Shown in pieces: positions 56,825 through 64,000 of a DNA stretch of 64,000 nt; the stretch's first letter is position 1; every line of letters begins with the position of its first letter. Origin of the DNA: Chrysomallon squamiferum (Eukaryota > Animalia > Mollusca); NCBI GenBank assembly GCA_012295275.1, contig CM022667.1, forward strand, positions 13,702,001 to 13,766,000, in the 5' to 3' direction. The notes below the pieces were generated by a model. It saw only the letters and a program-made list of their open reading frames with translations, ran no database searches and was not told where the DNA came from. A program made the translations under genes and the position numbers.

Positions 56825-56869
<45 letters not shown>

Positions 56870-59045
56870 TAAGGATAAAGGAAGAAAGAGATATACAATG
56901 AGTTATGAAGTGTAGTTCTGAAGTTTATAAATAAATGTATATGTTTTACCGTCCTCTTATCGCTACGCAAAAAGGCTCTATCGCACAGACTGAGAATTAT
57001 TCATAGGAATGTTTCCATCATAATTTCTACCAGTTTATTTACGATATAATCATCTTTTCCTTGAACATGGAAACATTTGTCGTTGTTTTTATTCGCTAGG
57101 TTTTTTAAATAGTTCGCTTCAACTAACATTTTAAAATTATTCATAGAAGAACGCAAATGTCAAAATTAATTCTTAATTACCTTACCTTCTTCAAACTGTA
57201 AAAATTCTCTTCATGGCTGAAAGCAAAAAACTCATCAATAATTCTTAATTTCTTTTGTTTCTTCTAGTTGCTAAAATCTTCAAGATTCAAAGAAAAATTT
57301 CAAAATTAATTCTCAATCGTTTTAGCTTCTTGTAACTGTTAGAATCTTCATAGTTGAAAAAAGCGTCCTCATTAATTCATAAGTGCTTAAATTTGTTCTA
57401 GTTGTTAAAATCTCCAAATTTGAAAACAAAAATATCATAATTAATTCTTAACTGTTTTAACTTTTGTTAAAATTTTCTTGGCTAAAAGCAAATGTCAACA
57501 TTAATTTTTTAACTGCCCTAGCTTTTTGTGACCGTTAAAATCTTCATCACTGAAAAAAAAAAACTGTCAACATTAACTTATAATTGTTTTAGGCTTATTT
57601 TAATAGTATGAAAATAGTATATTGTTAATTTAAATATTCGCCTGACTACAGGAGACAGAATCATCATCACGTCCACAGACTGGGACTGGAGGCAGGTCGA
57701 AGAGTTTGAACTTCTCCCGTGTCCACAGTGTGCCGCGAACGAAATTAAACTCAGTCGTAAGTTGGATTCTACGTTCTCGTAAATCTCTCGTTCAGACGTA
57801 TTTCTGACAACATGGCTTACTGTTGTTCTGTGTTTATTAACAGTAGTTGGAGTAGTATATATATGCAGTAATACTAGTATAATAGTGTCGGTAGTGATTT
57901 ATTATGAGAAATGGTTATGGTAGATTAGTAGCAATTGTAATAATAATAGCAATATCAGTAGCAATACATGAGTAGTAAAAGTAGTACTAGTAATAATAAT
58001 AATATATTCATCTATGTAGTTTTAGCAGTAATAGTACTAGCATTGCAGGTTGAAGAGTTTAAACTTTACCCTGACCCGAGGGTGCTGAAAACGAAATTAA
58101 ACTCGGTCGTAAGTTGGATTTATATTGGCTTAAAATTATAGACTTATGTACGCTGTGTGGTATTCAACAAAGCAATGTTCTCTAACATCTGGCGGGAGCG
58201 TGTCGAGTGCATTGTTACGTGTTCCATGAGACTGTCACGCTGCCAATTCTTAAAGTGCTCGTTATCATGTCTAGGGGTTTAGAACATCATAACAAGGATT
58301 AGTAAATTTTAAATTGTGACAGTAAAATACTTATATTTATAAGTATTTATGGGTAAATAACACATCAACAAGAGTGCTTTTTGAGTTATTTATTTATGTC
58401 CTGATCGTAATTTGTAATTACTTAAAAACAAAATAAACGCAACTAAATTTTACACGGTTTTATGGAGACCTGATAACAAATAACTAAAGACTGAATCGGT
58501 AACCCTAATTAAAGATGGAATCGGTTAGTTAGAATCAAGTTATCACGTTTATATAAATTTATGTTTTACATATACGCATGTAGCAGTAGTCATGGGAACG
58601 CAACTTTGAAGTACGAGTTCTGTAACAAAGACAATTTTAGCGTCAGGTAAAAGCAATTTTCAGTTTAACTCTACTTGGATGTCCATACTACGAAGTGAAA
58701 CCTTTATCTGATACACTAAAAACCGGCGACTTAATCGTAAACTTTCAGAGAGAGGGATAGTGCCGATTTTCTTTTTATTAATAAACAGTTTTAAACGTTT
58801 AATAAATTAACTGTTGTTTTTCAACAGACGAGGCGGAGTACACGCATTACGGGGAGATAACTTACGGAGTTGACGAACGTGCGGAGGTGGCGCTGTTGTC
58901 GAGGAATATTCTAATTAAGGGGACTCTGGAGGACGAATGTTACGGCAAGAACGCAGCGGATAAGAAACTTTGTGATTACTTCAACGAAGACACGTTTGGA
59001 GGCCATTTTAAGGTGAATGCTGAATATTAAACAGACAGTGAGGGG

Positions 59046-59117
<72 letters not shown>

Positions 59118-59549
59118 TAAAGAAAAACTGAAAAGTAGTTATTTTAGAAGTTTTTTTAATTTTATTTACAAGTAATATATATATTTACATGACAAAACAA
59201 AAGTTAATTAAATTACTGGTGAGATTTCATTTAATTCATTTATGTCGCAATAGATCACACTGTAATAAAATACACTATCAAAGAAATACTAGAACAAAAA
59301 AATGATAATAATAACGAAAAAGAAAATATTGGATCAGTGAATTAACAGACAACTACTGTTTATCTATACTTACATAAGGACAGTTAGAATTAAAAAAAAT
59401 ATTTATAAATGTGACTAGAAAACTTGGTAAGTTGTTTGTAAACACAGTACGGCATAATCTTCCTGAAATTTCTCATCTGAAACTCGTTACATGTTGCTTT
59501 TTATTATTATTATTATTATTTTTAAAATGTATTATTATCATTAACATTA

Positions 59550-59638
<89 letters not shown>

Positions 59639-60082
59639 TTCAGGTTCACTTTGGGTTCGACTCAGTTCATGTTGAGGGGTGTGAGTTTACCCAGATGGGA
59701 CAACAACACGTCATAGGTAGTGGGTCATGTACTTCTACATACAATTCCATCATACTAGATTGTTCAGATTCAGTAACTGTAGGTTTTTAAAAAGGAATTA
59801 TTATATGAAGCTTGGTTTGGAACCATAACGATTGTGATTGTGACGACGACTGAGATGATAGGATTATGACAACTAACATGATAATTACAACTACAAGGAC
59901 GTTGACAATGATAGCAGGGATGATTACGATGATAAATATAACAACTTTCTATCTGTTTTTGATAATACCTTTTTTATTTATAGAGCTAAAATAAAATATC
60001 CATCAGTATATATGCATGCATAATAACATACATACATATATATTTTATACATACACACATACGTTTGTATGTATGTATATAT

Positions 60083-60116
<34 letters not shown>

Positions 60117-61044
60117 TAGATAGATAGATATATATTATAAACATACACATACAAACAGACACCTTTTTCCTTCACAGGTACTTACCCCATCCACTTCCAC
60201 AGATGTGAAGATGTTGATGGAGCCTGGGTGAGAAACAACTCAATACACAACTGTAAATCAAGATTTGTAACTGTACACGGAACTGACGGATTACAGGTAT
60301 ACATCAGCTACTATTTATTTATTTAACAGTTTATTTGTTTATTTATTTATTTATTTATTTTCTATTTATTTACTTGCATAATTGATACATTATTTTATCC
60401 ATTTCATTTTATCTCTGTTTGATTTATGTGTTTATTAATACTGTTATATTACTTTAAAATGAATTTAATATCTAATATATAACTTATTATTTTATTATTA
60501 TTATCATTCTTCTTCTTCTTCTTCGTATTACTATTATTAAAAAAAGAAGAAGAAGAAAATAAAAAAATAAAAAAACAGAAAAAGAGAACTAAAAACGTCT
60601 CTCGTATCTTAACATTATGCTATCTGCAGTTTTGTTTACGAATTGCGTCATCCGTAACAGGAAGAACAATACGATGACGTCATAGTAATTATCACTGTAC
60701 GAATTGTAGGACGTATATAAACATAAGTAATATTAATAAATTCAAGATTTACAATAACATATATATATATAAGATGTTGTTGTATTTCAGGTACAGGATA
60801 ACGTGGGCTATCTAACGCTGGGTCACGGGTTTTTTCTCGAAGACGGAGTGGAACAAAGGAATGTTCTGGAAGGAAATCTGGGAGTTGGCGTCATGCATGG
60901 AAATCATCTGATGTCGGACAGAAAGAAAGAATTTTGTACCAAAGAACTCAGCTCGTACTGCGAGTAAGTTGTCTGTATTTTTTGTATCATAATAATAATA
61001 ATAATGGTGCTGGTGCTGCTGCTGCTGCTACTACTACTACTATG

Positions 61045-61123
<79 letters not shown>

Positions 61124-61278
61124 ACCAGATTGTTTAAAAGATGTTTACTTATTAATGGTAAATGAATAAATAAATAAAGAGAAAAGTTATTATTCTAGTT
61201 ATTTCATGAATGGTTTTTTTCTAAATGTTTAAATCTTTATTTTGTTTTTGTTGTTGTTGTTGTTATTGTTATTATAAC

Positions 61279-61317
<39 letters not shown>

Positions 61318-63509
61318 TATTATTATTTGTATTATCACAGTGCTCTCGCTGTTTTCTGGCTCACACATCCAAACAATAAAATCATAAACAATGTCGCTGC
61401 TGGATCAGATGTAAGCAAATCAAATTTAAACCTCTCTGTTACATTACATTACATTATGTTACATTATGTTACGTTATGTTATGTATACATTATGTTAATT
61501 TTTTATATTATTTTATTTTATTCACTATTATTATTATTTCTTCTTCTTCTCTTATTATTATTATTATTATTATTATTGTTGTTGTTGTTATTGTTGTTAG
61601 GTATTATAATTATTATAATCATCATCATTATTATTACTACTACTACTACTACGACTATTACTACTACTATTATTATATTATTATCATCATCATCATCATC
61701 ATCATCATTTCATCATAATCATTATTATCATTATCATTATTTTCTTCTTCTACTACTTTTTTCTTCTTACTGTGATTACTAGTTAAATATCAGAGTTGTT
61801 AATAAAACTGGAACATTTTTGTTTCACCTAGAATTCTGGTTATTGGTATGTTTCTCCTGAAGAACCTTTGAGTGTATCGAAAACACCTCACCAGAGAAAC
61901 CCACTGCCGAAGTATCACGCGTTCTTTTCAAAGATTGGCCAGTTTACCAACAACGTGGCACATTCCTGTAAAGACGTAAGTTTCACTGTTTGTTTATTTG
62001 TTTGTTTGTTTGTTTGTTTATTTGTTTGTTTGTTTGCTTATTAATTAATTAATTTATTTGTTTATATCACTTAGGTATTAGGTTTATTTATTTATTTATT
62101 TACGTATTTATTTTTCAAAATGTACACACCTATCGCTTCAGGTATTCATTAATTGATAACTGTAGTTAAAGATATATATATATATATTTCAAGATAACCA
62201 ATGTCATTAGTGCATTTTAATTTTATTTGATTATGTGATAGTATTAAAATCATTATAGAATACTTTGATTAAACTTCTGAAGCAAACTATTCAGTCTTAA
62301 CCTATTGCTGTTATGTATGATTTATGCCCACTGTCGTCTGCAGTACGCAATTATATCACCAAGGTGACATGAAAACAAAAATGGCTCAAAGATCTGTTTT
62401 CAGAATTTTATTGTTATCTTGTTATACTTCACAAAAAAACAATGATTAAACGGCTCAGATCCAAATGTAGCATAATTTAGAATTACTCTGATTATCTTTA
62501 AACTGGTATTTCGCATAACTAAAGGTGTATTTTGATTCATTCAGAGAGGTCTACAACACTGTTAGAAGATATATTATCATTTAGAAGAATTCAGAATATC
62601 AGAATTTCTTCGTATAATTAAAGATGCACTTCGTTTCAGACAGGTCTACATATCGGTTAGACGGCAAAGATAAGAACACAAAAATAATGAGGAAGTTTTC
62701 AGAATTTCAGAATTTCTTCGTATAATTAAAGATGCACTTCGTTTCAGAGAGGCCTGCGTGTTGACGGTAAAATATCGAACGGTGAAAAAGACAAAAACGT
62801 CTTCGTACCCGAGAACGGAGTTTTCGTTTCAACCTCTTCACACATGCCCCGCGACCCTCCCGTTATAGACGGCAAACTCGTTGTTTCTACGATGGATGGG
62901 TACGCAACAACATAAATTTGATGTAGATACAATATAATAGAAGAGACACAATTAAAATAATTATGTACGTGTATGGCTATGGCTGTCTAGGTATAATTAA
63001 AAATTTCTGTCTATACTTGGGTACTTATGTCTTTGAATTTATAATTATATATCCATAATTATACCTCTATCTATCTGTAACTGTGTCTTCGTAATTATTC
63101 ATGTATCCATAACTGTACATCTATAGTTTTACCTGTATCCATAACTGAATATCTATTATTATAACTGTATCTATTATAGTATAGCCTTAACTATTCATGT
63201 ATCTATAATTATATATTTCATAATTATACATGTATCTATAATTATATATCCAAATTATTCTATAATTGGATATCTTTAATTATAACTGTATTTATCATAG
63301 TATATCTAAAATTATGGATCTACGTACATTAATTATTAATTAAAAACTCAAATACTGAAATATTAAATTATTGATATCATTTATTTGCAAGGTATAGTTT
63401 ATTGTCTCGTATATTGTTAATGATTTAAAATTGTTTTCAGGTTTACAGGTTACAAAAACAAGCAGAATGTCTGGACGAAAAGTGGAAATCTTAGGTTGAA
63501 ACGTTTTAG
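51879..63509 (+). CDS. CEMIP/TMEM2(CEMIP2)-family hyaluronidase-like protein (signal peptide, G8, GG, PbH1 repeats), 5' part; continues beyond the window
   Basis: 14 phase-consistent exons: 51879-52233, 53883-54049, 54529-54658, 55885-56061, 56491-56718, 57652-57756, 58828-59012, 59644-59716, 60178-60296, 60791-60963, 61341-61410, 61832-61975, 62748-62899, 63441-63509 (2147 nt, about 715 aa). Family motifs: CPW, G8 (IILDVSPPSLRTLTIEAG..ILVNGRFEIGSAACRF), FDSKFLGV..GATLEFHG..K..WTKL, DVSSWEAGDRIIITSTDW, GVDERAEVALLSRNI, DTFGGH, MGQQ..GTYPIHFH, TVHGT, LGHGFFLEDGVEQRN, FWLTHPNN..INNVAAGS. Confidence 0.95.
57130..57600. repeat. Diverged intronic minisatellite, ~60-bp unit, about 7-8 copies
   Basis: Recurring AATTAATTCTTAA...GTTAAAATCTTCA motif at roughly 60-bp spacing in intron 5. 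Confidence 0.75.
63030..63320. repeat. Short-period intronic minisatellite (TATCCATAATTATA-like)
   Basis: Recurring TATC(C/T)ATAA(T/C)T motif in intron 13. Confidence 0.65.
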
Positions 63510-63865
63510 GTAAAACTTAATGCTGATACATCATTAAGTGTAACATTGTCAACAGGATATTTATTTATTTATTTATTTTTGTAATATTCGATAATAATAA
63601 TGATGATGATGATAATGATGATGAGATGATGATGGTAATTGTAATAATAATAACTAACAATAACGACAAAACAAAAACAACAGAACAACAACAAAAACAA
63701 CAACAATAATAATAGTCACAATAACGTCAAGAACATAAACAACTACAATCAGAATGAATGAATTATGTTTAACGACACCTCGGCTCCTGAAGTGAAACCA
63801 ATGGTATAACAACTACATCTACAATTACAACCAAACCACAACCACAACCACAACAACAGCAACAC

Positions 63866-63913
<48 letters not shown>

Positions 63914-64000
63914 CACAAGAGTAATAATAATCAATACAACCACCACAACAACAACTATATCGACAACAACAACAACAACACAATAATAATAATAATAACA

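Overview
AT-rich, microsatellite-dense animal genomic DNA (spliced genes; invertebrate, probably mollusc-like, which is inference only), with two 200-N gaps. Almost all ORF-track entries are translated microsatellites. Four real blocks: (1) 1.1-35.7 kb, a rearranged cluster of at least nine copies or fragments of a 4-exon secreted PAN/Apple + C-type lectin gene on both strands, none fully intact as assembled; (2) 14.2-20.0 kb, a ~460-bp tandem array with a 5-unit higher-order period and a hairpin-forming core; (3) 35.9-48.2 kb, nine U3 snoRNA genes on the - strand, where ~220-nt canonical copies alternate with 550-581-nt variants carrying a 330-361-nt (GGGNNN)n insertion between boxes B and C and keeping their own promoter elements (the most striking finding); (4) 51.9 kb to the end, the first 14 coding exons of a secreted CEMIP/TMEM2-family gene with a GC-AG intron. 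All family calls come from motifs recognised by eye; no searches were run.
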